Under the pieces are notes generated by a model. The model was not told the DNA's origin, made no database searches, and was given only the letters and a program-made list of their open reading frames with translations. The translations under genes and the position numbers were made by a program. From positions 121,132 to 185,131 of the forward strand of contig JABHSK010000005.1 in assembly GCA_018669975.1 (NCBI GenBank): 64,000 nucleotides of DNA. The letters are read 5' to 3'. Shown in pieces: positions 19,270-27,766 of the stretch. This stretch comes from Candidatus Parcubacteria bacterium. GTDB taxonomy: Bacteria; Patescibacteriota; Patescibacteriia; UBA1558; GWA2-36-10. Every line of letters begins with the position of its first letter. The stretch's first letter is position 1.

Positions 19270-19905
19270 ATGCATCTCGGTCTAAGTTTGAGTCCACAGC
19301 TAGCCTTGCGGCAGACTCAGCGTCTGAACCTGACACAGACTCAGCGTCTCGACCTACACCAACACTTGTTTGGCTTGCGTCTAGAGCTGGTCGGTCGTTT
19401 GCACGATGAACACTACACGCCCCAGGCCAAGTGTTCAGGCTGTAGCTACAATTTGAAACTTGTTGAAATTCTCCATGGATTTCGTGATGATCCGGATGAT
19501 ATTACTACTGAGTGTCCCAAGTGTCAGCGGCGTTTCACGCCTAGTCTGATTGCTCACGGACGTTTTGGTACCAAAGTTATCTTGAGCTTCTATTGTTCAG
19601 AGCAGACCCTGGCCCGGCTCGACGCCAACATCGACCCTGCTACCTACAAAAAGACACACCCGGCCATTTATCGGTCAGTACTGTTTCATTTTGGTAGCCT
19701 GCGTCAGGCTTTTGCTAGTCAGGGCAGGGAGTACTCTTTTAAGGAGTCCTTCGAATGGGCTGAAAAGGTTGAACCATTCCTGGGTCGTTTGCCTGATACC
19801 GAGATTGCTCGGTGTGCTAACGTTCCTGTGGGTAAGATTCGCCGTTTGCGGCGTAAGTTTGATATCCCTGTCTTTACCAAGCGCAGGACTTGGGATGAGT
19901 TATAA
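19270..19905 (+). CDS. Hypothetical protein with RpoN-like termini and central Zn ribbon
   Basis: SD gagaggag; Gln/Leu-rich N terminus; CSGC...CPKC; C-terminal PDTEIAR...RRLRRKFDIP. Confidence 0.75.
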   Translation: MHLGLSLSPQLALRQTQRLNLTQTQRLDLHQHLFGLRLELVGRLHDEHYTPQAKCSGCSYNLKLVEILHGFRDDPDDITTECPKCQRRFTPSLIAHGRFGTKVILSFYCSEQTLARLDANIDPATYKKTHPAIYRSVLFHFGSLRQAFASQGREYSFKESFEWAEKVEPFLGRLPDTEIARCANVPVGKIRRLRRKFDIPVFTKRRTWDEL

Positions 19906-19920
19906 TATAATGTTTATTAG

Positions 19921-19945
19921 GAGGCTCTCCGGAGCCTCTTTTTTT
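19921..19945 (+). terminator. Intrinsic terminator
   Basis: gaggctc-tccg-gagcctc followed by ttttttt. Confidence 0.85.
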
Positions 19946-19946
19946 A

Positions 19947-19997
19947 TTGACTGCACAGGTAAAGTATTATATATTGGAAGTCGCACTTTTAAACCTA
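19947..19997 (+). promoter_or_regulatory. Sigma70-type promoter plus shared leader motif
   Basis: TTGACT-17-TATATT; then tcgcacttttaaaccta; SD aaggagg downstream. Confidence 0.7.
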
Positions 19998-20016
19998 AAT
20001 CAAGGAGGATACTTCT

Positions 20017-20364
20017 GTGACACTAACACATCAACCTAACACCGAGTTGGAGTACTGGCAGGCCTTAGAGGGCTATGAAAAAACAGCCCTGAAGCTCAGA
20101 GATGGCCTAAGGAGAGGCCTAATACCCCGGGCTGAGATATCAGACACCAAACAGACCATTGAGCAGGCAGATACTGCCCTAACAGCTTTGTTCTTAGAGC
20201 TTGAGCGTAGATTTAATATTTTTTGTTATAAAAATCACCCGCAAGGCACTGCTCAACCCAAGGGTACGCAAAAACTCATCGATTGGTGGAATAAAATGGA
20301 CCATTTGGCCCAACAACAGATCATCGTGGGGGACGTAGCCACTAACCAGAAGAAGACTCCTTAA
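20017..20364 (+). CDS. Hypothetical protein, paralogue of the N-terminal half of 18571-19230
   Basis: GTG start with SD aaggagg; shares TEL.YW and P.GT....DW...M motifs. Confidence 0.7.
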   Translation: MTLTHQPNTELEYWQALEGYEKTALKLRDGLRRGLIPRAEISDTKQTIEQADTALTALFLELERRFNIFCYKNHPQGTAQPKGTQKLIDWWNKMDHLAQQQIIVGDVATNQKKTP

Positions 20365-20373
20365 CTAGTACAC

Positions 20374-20400
20374 GAGGCTCCAATTGGGGCCTCTTTTTCT
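20374..20400 (+). terminator. Intrinsic terminator
   Basis: gaggctcc-aatt-ggggcctc followed by tttttct. Confidence 0.8.
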
Positions 20401-20406
20401 TAAATC

Positions 20407-20507
20407 TTATCCACAATTATAGATTTAATTACAGACCACTCTAAACATTTATATTATTCTGTGGATAAGTTATATTTTCTATTTTGGAAAATATTATCTG
20501 TGGATAA
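20407..20507. promoter_or_regulatory. Cluster of three perfect DnaA boxes
   Basis: TTATCCACA at 20407-20415; TGTGGATAA at 20460-20468 and 20499-20507. Confidence 0.75.
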
Positions 20508-20743
20508 GTATAAAAATCACCCTAAAATTGTAGTTCAAATTGGTCAAAAATCTAGGACAACTTTTTTAAAGTGTGATATAATTCGGTTCATCGATATATT
20601 GACCTAATCTTGGTGCTATAGTGTTTACAACATCGATTAAAAGTGTTATAATTCTGTCGACTTATTAATAAGTTACATAAACAAACCCCTAATTTGAAAG
20701 ATTTATTGGCTAATATTAGCCAAAAGAATAGACCTGAAAAAAG

Positions 20744-20769
20744 TGTAATATTTTGGGTTGTTTTTCGTC
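20744..20769 (+). promoter_or_regulatory. ECF-sigma-type promoter (probably autoregulatory)
   Basis: TGTAAT-16 nt-CGTC ending 7 nt before the ATG at 20777. Confidence 0.7.
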
Positions 20770-20776
20770 ATTATTT

Positions 20777-21328
20777 ATGAAAGGTTTTAAAGGTAATTTA
20801 CAAGAAAAAATCGTATTTTTGAGGCTCAAGTCTGGTGACTCAGATGCTTTTGCTTTTTTCTACGATAAATATGTTACTCGTATTTATCGTTTTGTTTTGA
20901 TAAAGGTATCAAACAAGCAGGTGGCCGAAGATCTAACTCAAGATATATTTCTCAAGACTTGGCAGCACTTAGTAGATAAAAGAAATGTAAAGAGCTTCCA
21001 GGCATTTATTTTCCGAGTAGCAAGAAATAGAGTTATTGATCATTATAGGCAGAGCAATAAACAAGAATTGCCATTAGAGTATGTGCCAGAGATTATCGAC
21101 ATGTCTGATAATATAGAGAAGGATCTAGATAAGGCCATAGATAAGGATAAGTTACTTCAAAAAATACAACAGTTAAAACCTACATATCAAGAAGTTTTAT
21201 TACTTAGATACTTAGAAGACCTATCTATAGATGATATAGCTAGAGTTATTCAAAAGGATAAAAATAACGTTCGAGTAATAATTCATAGAGCTTTAAATAA
21301 GCTCAAGCAAATAGCAGACGAAAAATAA
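20777..21328 (+). CDS. ECF-family RNA polymerase sigma factor
   Basis: AEDLTQDIFLKTW, FIFRVARNRVIDHYR, LLLRYLEDLSIDDIA, VRVIIHRALNKLK. Confidence 0.95.
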   Translation: MKGFKGNLQEKIVFLRLKSGDSDAFAFFYDKYVTRIYRFVLIKVSNKQVAEDLTQDIFLKTWQHLVDKRNVKSFQAFIFRVARNRVIDHYRQSNKQELPLEYVPEIIDMSDNIEKDLDKAIDKDKLLQKIQQLKPTYQEVLLLRYLEDLSIDDIARVIQKDKNNVRVIIHRALNKLKQIADEK

Positions 21329-21338
21329 TTTTAAATAC

Positions 21339-22703
21339 ATGAGTTTAAAGAAACAATTTTCCAAACTTAGAAAGTCAGAGGATCTACAACCTGACGAAGC
21401 TTGGAAAAATCAAACTAAATATGAATTGCTATCAGAAATTTCTTCTCAGAACAGACTGATGCAAGCACAAAAGCTGACAACTTCTGAAAAAGTAGATATG
21501 TTGGCCATGAATTTTTTTAATAAGGTGGCGCCATCATTTAGTAAGATGGTAGCCGGCTTTTTGATTGTTATCATGGGCTCCGGTGTAAACATGGCTGCAC
21601 AGGCATCTGTACCAGGTCAAGCATTGTGGCCAGTTAAAAGATCTATTGAAAGAGCTGAGTTGACTCTAACTTTTTCTCCAGTTAAAGAAACTGAAATTCA
21701 TATTAAACATGTTAATAAAAGATTAGATGAAATTGGTAAAATCTTAGAAAGTACAGAAAATGAAATTGAACCAACTGAGACTACTAAGAAAGAAAGAGCT
21801 ATTAAGCAGGCAGTTAGTCATTTAGAACAAGATATTAAATCAGCTGATAATTCTCTAAAAGTAGTTAAAGAAGAAAAAACGCCACTAGAAGTTGTTGAGT
21901 TAGCCAAGAAGGTGACTGATGCTACTAAAGAAGCGGTTGAAGATTTAGAAGAAAAAGCTGTAGATTTAGAGGATATGGCTATTGAAGAAGTTTTGGATGA
22001 TGCCAAGGTCACCCAACAAGAGGTTAATGATGCAGCTGTTAGCTTGGCATTAGAGGTGCATGAAGAAGTGGTAGCAGCCATTGAAGCTAATAAGGTAGTA
22101 GCAGAAAATATAGATATTACCACCACAACAGTACCAGAGATTTTAGAAATAGAAGATGTTGTAGCTGAAGCTGAGGCTAATGCTGTTAAGGCTGTGGTTG
22201 CAGAAATGATTGCTGTTGAAATAATGGAAACAGGAGTAGAAATAGAAGATATCAATGTAAAGGCTGGTGATGCAGCAGACGCAGAAGCAGTGGAAATAAA
22301 TTTAGAAGGTAATGAAGAAACAATAGAAGATATAGAGGATGTTAAAAAGACATCCGAGGAATCTGGAGTAGTCCTAGATGAGGCCAAAGTTTTATTAGAA
22401 GAGGGCTCACTAAAGGATGCTTTAGAAAAAGTTTCCGAAAGTAAAGAGATAAATGAAAAGAATGAGGTTACTTTGGAACAAATAGAAGAACAAAATGAGC
22501 AGGTGGTTAATGAAGGTGTTGAAACTCCAGTTGATGAAGATTTGGATAACACCACATCATCACCAGAAATCATCGAAAATACAGAAGATATAGAAGAGCC
22601 TGGTTCTGACTTAGAGATGACTACTGATGAGGAGGTTATTAAAGAAGAGGATGTAGAGATGGTAGATCCAAAAGATTTGATCTACGATCATCAATTATAT
22701 TAA
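21339..22703 (+). CDS. Putative anti-sigma factor (DUF5667-like, single TM, acidic C-terminal tail)
   Basis: Directly downstream of the ECF sigma; TM followed by ASVPGQALWPVKRSIE; Glu-rich tail. Confidence 0.7.
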   Translation: MSLKKQFSKLRKSEDLQPDEAWKNQTKYELLSEISSQNRLMQAQKLTTSEKVDMLAMNFFNKVAPSFSKMVAGFLIVIMGSGVNMAAQASVPGQALWPVKRSIERAELTLTFSPVKETEIHIKHVNKRLDEIGKILESTENEIEPTETTKKERAIKQAVSHLEQDIKSADNSLKVVKEEKTPLEVVELAKKVTDATKEAVEDLEEKAVDLEDMAIEEVLDDAKVTQQEVNDAAVSLALEVHEEVVAAIEANKVVAENIDITTTTVPEILEIEDVVAEAEANAVKAVVAEMIAVEIMETGVEIEDINVKAGDAADAEAVEINLEGNEETIEDIEDVKKTSEESGVVLDEAKVLLEEGSLKDALEKVSESKEINEKNEVTLEQIEEQNEQVVNEGVETPVDEDLDNTTSSPEIIENTEDIEEPGSDLEMTTDEEVIKEEDVEMVDPKDLIYDHQLY

Positions 22704-22730
22704 GGTTATTTAAAAATTAATTATATAAAC

Positions 22731-23058
22731 CTTTAGACAAGCACGGTATCCAACTTAGTCGAGTTGGGCAATAGGTTGAGGGTATTTAGCTTTTATTCCC
22801 ATGCATAGAAGAATAAAGGCTATTATCCCTAACTTATTCGCTAATCGCGCGCGACTTAGGGGTTTGTTTGTAGCTTTATAGCTACGCTAAAGTCCTAATG
22901 TGTTTTATCTAGAAAAGACAGATTAGGCAAATAATTCGTGTTCCTAGAAAAAGTATTTTTTCTATCAGAATTGTAGGCCTATTAATTTAGGTGGTCAGCA
23001 AGGTCGATCGCTGGAGAGCGAGGTACTAGGTTGATAGTTCGATCCCGTTTTTGCGGGG
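22731..23058 (+). ncRNA. Candidate structured RNA or long 5' leader of the S-layer-like gene
   Basis: At least eight base-paired elements in a 413-nt intergenic region with no ORF; no known family recognised. Confidence 0.55.
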
Positions 23059-23116
23059 TGTTTACAAGGAAGAGGATAAAATAATTTCTAGCGAACTTAT
23101 TAAAGAAAAAAAATAA

Positions 23117-26100
23117 ATGAGTTTAGTAAAAAGACTTTTAGTGTTTTCTTTGGTAATTACCACTGTCCTATCATTTAGTCCAATAAATGTAGAGGCAGCC
23201 GGTAGTTACGGTGCAGGCTCTTTGCTTGCTAAAGAAGGTGTTGAAGGCGCAGCCGTTTATTACATCGGTTCTGATGACATGAAATATGTTTTCCCAGATA
23301 GTAAGACTTATTTCACATGGTATGAAGACTTCAGTGATGTTGTTAGAGTACCTGTTACAGAATTAGACATGTATGGTAATGGTGGCGCTGTGACTTATCG
23401 TCCTGGTACCTACCTCGTTACTCACGAGGACACAGCAAATGTGTATGGTATAGGTGCAGGCGGTATGTATCACTTAATTCCTTCTGAAGCTGTTGCAACA
23501 GACTTGTACGGAGCAGACTGGGGATCCATGGTAATGGATGTAATTCCTGGTTATTTTTCAACAAGCTATACCGAAGGTTCTGATCTATCAGACATGTACC
23601 CAACAGGTACTTTATTGTCTGATGGTACAGATACTTATTACGTTGATGGCACATCAAAGAGAATCTTTGTTGATGCTGACGCTTTCGAAGCCAATGGCTT
23701 GATGGCTGACAATGTATTAGAAGTTAGCGATCTTTCTGATTATTCCGACGGTAGTTCTATCGACGGTGAAGAGTCAGACATTGCAGGATTCATGCCGGGT
23801 GAAGGTACTCCTGGTGACCCAGTTATTTCTGGTAGCCTTTCATTATCACTAGCTAGTGATACTCCAAACCCAGGTATTTATCCATCTACAGCTTCTGGTT
23901 TAGAAATGTTAAAATTCAAAGCCAAAGCTGGTTCTGATGGTGCTGTCTTAGACGGTATCACAATTGGTCATGGCGGTGTTGGCGCCACTACAGAATTCAT
24001 CAAGATTTATCTGTATGAAGGCGAATCAAGATTGACCAGTGGTAAGACAATCAATTCAAGTACAAATGCTACAGAATTCAACAACTTGAATATTGATTTT
24101 TCTGCCAATGAGACTAAGTATTTGACTGTTGTAGCTGACGCTGGAGTAAGCAAATCTGGTACTCATCTTTTCTCAATCACAGCAGCTGAGCTAGAAGCAG
24201 GCACTGCTACTTTAGGTTCTATAGTAGGTAATGCTATTTCTCTAGGTACAGCTAACGCTGGTGAAGTAGTTATCACTGAAGGTAGTGATCCTTCCAATGG
24301 TAAAGTTGGTGAACAGGACGCAGAATTAACTTCTTTCACTTTGACTGTTGATAGTATTGAAGACTCTTCATTTGAGAGAATTTCACTATATCATGCTGGT
24401 GCTGTTTCACGTGGCGACTTAACTGACCTTGAACTTTACAAGAACAGTAAGTCTGCTGAGAACTTGGTTGCTAGTACTAGTGGCTTAGACAGTGAAGATT
24501 TAGCTGTTTTTGTATTAGATACTCCAGTAGACCTAGAAAAAGGTCAAGCAGTTAAGTTTTATGTATATGGTGACATTTCAGGCGATGCCAAATCTGGCTC
24601 AGCTGAAACTGTTAACTTTTACCTTGATGAAACTTCAGATCTTAAAGTAATGGGTAATAATTATAACGCCCCTCTAGGTGTTGATAATTATGATCAGAGT
24701 TTTAACTCATCAACTGGTTCAGGTACTTATAATGGTGGAGCAGCTGCTCGCTATACAACTATGTACTTGGAAGGTAGTGATGTAACTTTAACTACTGATG
24801 GCCCATCTGCAACAAACATTGATGCTGGTGGTAATTCAGCTGATGATATCAACCTTTTGAATTTCGCTATTGCTTTGACTCAAGAAGCAGACTTAAAGAG
24901 TATTCAGGTTGAGTTACATGCTGTTACTACTGATATGGATGCTAGTGATACTACTGTAACAAGTAATTATATCACTGACGTTAAGATCGTTAATACTGAT
25001 ACAGGTACAACTGTATGGGGTCCAACTGATATCTCAAGTTTCTCTGATATTGGCAATAGTGCTGGTGTTAGTAAGACTTGGACAGATACAGAGACTTTAG
25101 CAGCGGGTACTCATAACTATAAAGTTACAGCTGACTTTAAGAATTCTAGCTTGGACGCTGGTAGTAAAATATACGCTGTGTTAGGTGATAAAGCAGACGG
25201 TAATACACTTATCTCAACTGCTGTTAAATCTACTGGCAACAATACTTATTTAACTAGCATTGTTCCATCAAGCTATACTCAAGGTGCAAATATGACCTTG
25301 AAGGGACCAGCTTTGAAAGCAACTAGAGCAACCACTCCAAACTCTGACGACATCGTTAAGGGTGCTGATGGTGTAACTGTTGCTAACTTGATCTTCTCTG
25401 CAGAAGATAGTGGTGCTGACCTCAAAATAACATCTGTAAAATTCTCAGGTTATGTTGATGGTTGGTCACGTTCTGTCATTTTGACAAAAGATCAAACTGG
25501 TTCTACTTTAGCTATTACTGATTTAGTATCATATGTTCGTGCCTATGCTGAAGAAGCAGATGGTTCTGAAACATTGTTAGGTACTAAAGCATTTAATAGT
25601 TCAGGTGAAGTCACTTTCAGTAGTATAGCTTGGAACATCCCAGCTGGTGAAACCAGAAACTTGCGTGTCGCAGTTGACACCAATGCTGGTCATACAGCTA
25701 CTGTAGGTTTGACTACAATGGACGCTTTCGCTGTTGATATTACTGATTTCTCAGCTGACGTATCAGCCGAGACTTCAAGTGGTACAGCTTTGACAGCTGC
25801 TCAGATGGGTACTGCTACTTCTGACCTTCCAAATACTGCTACTACAGCAGCTACTGGTCCTAAGTTTGCTATGTATTCAGCTGGTACTATCACTGTACAA
25901 GACGGTGCTGACAAACCAGCTGTAACCTTAGTAACAACTGGTTCTTCAGATGTTTATTATCACCAATTAGAGGTGTATACTGCTTATGAAGACTTAGCAA
26001 TCAGCAAGATGAAGTTCTTAGCTAGTGAGAAAGCTGGTAACTTTGCTTCAGTCAAGTTGACTGGTAAGAATACAGCCGGTGATACAGTATCATATACCAC

Positions 26101-27037
26101 TGATGTTGATGGCAGCGGTTACGCTACCTTTACTGGTATGGATTTGAAAGCTGATGATGACGGTGAAAATATCGACATGTATGTAACATTAAACACTGTT
26201 ACTAACGGCGCTTTAGTCGGTAGTTCAGCTACTTGGGACTTACAAACTACTGGTTTTGAAGCCAACGGTGTAGGCGGAAGCAACACTAACGTTGCTAGCT
26301 TTACTAATAGTGATGCTGCTTCAGCTGCTTTGTATGTTGTTAAGTCAAAACCTGTCTTTGCTAATGCTGGTTCAAACGGTTCATTGGCTGACGGTGTAAA
26401 CACCTTGTACAAATTTACTGTCACCCCAGCTGGTGAAGGTAAGATTGCTATCAAGAAGTTGAAATTCAACGTTGACGCTAGTGATGCCAGTGGTTCAACT
26501 CTGAATCTACATAGTTTCAGATTGTACAAAGGCACATCTTGTGATACAGCTATCGATACTGCTTTCTTTACTGACGGCGTATACGGTACTACAACTTTGA
26601 GTTTGTTGAATACTACTACCGCCGATTACGGTGATGCTGCAGCTAGTGTTGCAGTGTACATGTTCTTCGAAGGTACAAGTGATTCTTCATACACTGATGC
26701 TTCTGATTACTATGGTGAATTAGTAGTTCCAACTAGTGGTGAAACTTATTGTTTGAAGGCCACTGTTGCTAACTCAGCTACAAACGACTCTGTCGTTGCA
26801 AGTATTGCTGAGGAAGGACAAGACACTTCAGGTCCTACCTATGGTGCTTTGGCTTATGATCTTGCTGATTATGATTCATTGATTACTATTGGTACTGATT
26901 CTGACATTATCTGGTCTGACTACTCTTCAACTACAAGTCATCAAGACAGTCTAGGTTCTGGTACATCTTCTGACTTCTTCGGAGGTCGTTATCTACCAGG
27001 CTTACAGTCTGATGCAACATCTTTGAGTAAGAGCTAA
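23117..27037 (+). CDS. Large secreted S-layer-like surface protein
   Basis: Signal peptide (..NVEA|A); repeated N-terminal VYYIG..KYVFPD..TYFTW-type units; Ser/Thr/Gly/Asp-rich beta-strand body; codon usage resembling highly expressed genes. Confidence 0.75.
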   Translation: MSLVKRLLVFSLVITTVLSFSPINVEAAGSYGAGSLLAKEGVEGAAVYYIGSDDMKYVFPDSKTYFTWYEDFSDVVRVPVTELDMYGNGGAVTYRPGTYLVTHEDTANVYGIGAGGMYHLIPSEAVATDLYGADWGSMVMDVIPGYFSTSYTEGSDLSDMYPTGTLLSDGTDTYYVDGTSKRIFVDADAFEANGLMADNVLEVSDLSDYSDGSSIDGEESDIAGFMPGEGTPGDPVISGSLSLSLASDTPNPGIYPSTASGLEMLKFKAKAGSDGAVLDGITIGHGGVGATTEFIKIYLYEGESRLTSGKTINSSTNATEFNNLNIDFSANETKYLTVVADAGVSKSGTHLFSITAAELEAGTATLGSIVGNAISLGTANAGEVVITEGSDPSNGKVGEQDAELTSFTLTVDSIEDSSFERISLYHAGAVSRGDLTDLELYKNSKSAENLVASTSGLDSEDLAVFVLDTPVDLEKGQAVKFYVYGDISGDAKSGSAETVNFYLDETSDLKVMGNNYNAPLGVDNYDQSFNSSTGSGTYNGGAAARYTTMYLEGSDVTLTTDGPSATNIDAGGNSADDINLLNFAIALTQEADLKSIQVELHAVTTDMDASDTTVTSNYITDVKIVNTDTGTTVWGPTDISSFSDIGNSAGVSKTWTDTETLAAGTHNYKVTADFKNSSLDAGSKIYAVLGDKADGNTLISTAVKSTGNNTYLTSIVPSSYTQGANMTLKGPALKATRATTPNSDDIVKGADGVTVANLIFSAEDSGADLKITSVKFSGYVDGWSRSVILTKDQTGSTLAITDLVSYVRAYAEEADGSETLLGTKAFNSSGEVTFSSIAWNIPAGETRNLRVAVDTNAGHTATVGLTTMDAFAVDITDFSADVSAETSSGTALTAAQMGTATSDLPNTATTAATGPKFAMYSAGTITVQDGADKPAVTLVTTGSSDVYYHQLEVYTAYEDLAISKMKFLASEKAGNFASVKLTGKNTAGDTVSYTTDVDGSGYATFTGMDLKADDDGENIDMYVTLNTVTNGALVGSSATWDLQTTGFEANGVGGSNTNVASFTNSDAASAALYVVKSKPVFANAGSNGSLADGVNTLYKFTVTPAGEGKIAIKKLKFNVDASDASGSTLNLHSFRLYKGTSCDTAIDTAFFTDGVYGTTTLSLLNTTTADYGDAAASVAVYMFFEGTSDSSYTDASDYYGELVVPTSGETYCLKATVANSATNDSVVASIAEEGQDTSGPTYGALAYDLADYDSLITIGTDSDIIWSDYSSTTSHQDSLGSGTSSDFFGGRYLPGLQSDATSLSKS

Positions 27038-27063
27038 ATAGCTTTTTATCTAAGATATATAAG

Positions 27064-27090
27064 GAAAAGCCCCCTAACGGGGGCTTTTCT
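27064..27090 (+). terminator. Intrinsic terminator of the surface protein gene
   Basis: gaaaagccccc-taac-gggggcttttc. Confidence 0.85.
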
Positions 27091-27150
27091 GATTGGAAAA
27101 ATCGTGTTAAGATAAGCTCGAGAAAATAGTAATAATTAAGCAATAAAACA

Positions 27151-27762
27151 ATGAAAAAAATATTATCATTCCTTGTCTTAGTAGTCGTTATATTAGGTTT
27201 GGGTTGGTATTTTTCTAGTGATGATAGCCAAAAAGAAGTGGAACAATGCCTGGCTACCAAATCAGATGAAGATTGTTACAGGCAGTTTTTACAGGCTGGT
27301 ATTGATTTTTATGCCACTGAAAATCCTGATTATCAATCTGCGCTAGAGCAATTCAAACTATCTGCCCAATCTTATGCCAATGATAAGACCAAGGGTTATA
27401 CAGTTTGGAGAAATATGGCCAATGCTCATATGGAGTTGAAACAATATGATGAAGCAAAGGAAATATTTAATGATCTCTTGCAAATCAATCATGGTGATAT
27501 GAGTCTAGTTTATCTAGACTACATCCGTCTTTATGACATGCAAAAGGATTATGAAACAGCCCTACAGGTAGCCCAAGAAGGTTTTGATAAATTTTCTGAA
27601 GTTGTCTTTCTCTATAAGCAGGCCAATATTTTAGAAGACCTGGAGCGTTATGCTGAGGAGGTAGAAATATATGAGCAGATTCTAGAAATGACTGATTTGG
27701 AAAGAAGATCTTCAGTTGAATATAAAATAGAAAAATTAAAAGCAGTCCATAATTTAGATTAA
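27151..27762 (+). CDS. Membrane-anchored TPR protein
   Basis: N-terminal TM; helical repeats such as VWRNMANAHMELKQYDEAKEIFNDLL. Confidence 0.8.
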   Translation: MKKILSFLVLVVVILGLGWYFSSDDSQKEVEQCLATKSDEDCYRQFLQAGIDFYATENPDYQSALEQFKLSAQSYANDKTKGYTVWRNMANAHMELKQYDEAKEIFNDLLQINHGDMSLVYLDYIRLYDMQKDYETALQVAQEGFDKFSEVVFLYKQANILEDLERYAEEVEIYEQILEMTDLERRSSVEYKIEKLKAVHNLD

Positions 27763-27766
27763 TCTT

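Noticed and set aside
19691-20020. 109-aa alternative-frame ORF
   Set aside because: Runs across a terminator and promoter and has no recognisable features.
18134-20400. Prophage, integrative element or integron
   Set aside because: No integrase, transposase, att repeats, attC-like sites or phage structural genes visible.
20400-20520. oriC call
   Set aside because: No dnaA/dnaN nearby and ribosomal genes upstream are co-oriented with genes downstream; kept only as a DnaA-box cluster.
21818-22573. 251-aa minus-strand ORF
   Set aside because: Ser/Thr-rich antisense shadow of the Glu-rich anti-sigma gene.
23030-23060. gttcgatccc resembling a tRNA T-loop
   Set aside because: No pairing T-stem, acceptor stem or cloverleaf around it.
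22704-23116. RNase P RNA, tmRNA or SRP RNA as the identity of the structured region
   Set aside because: Diagnostic motifs (GAGGAAAGUCC, tRNA-like ends with CCA, SRP domain IV loop) not found by eye on either strand.
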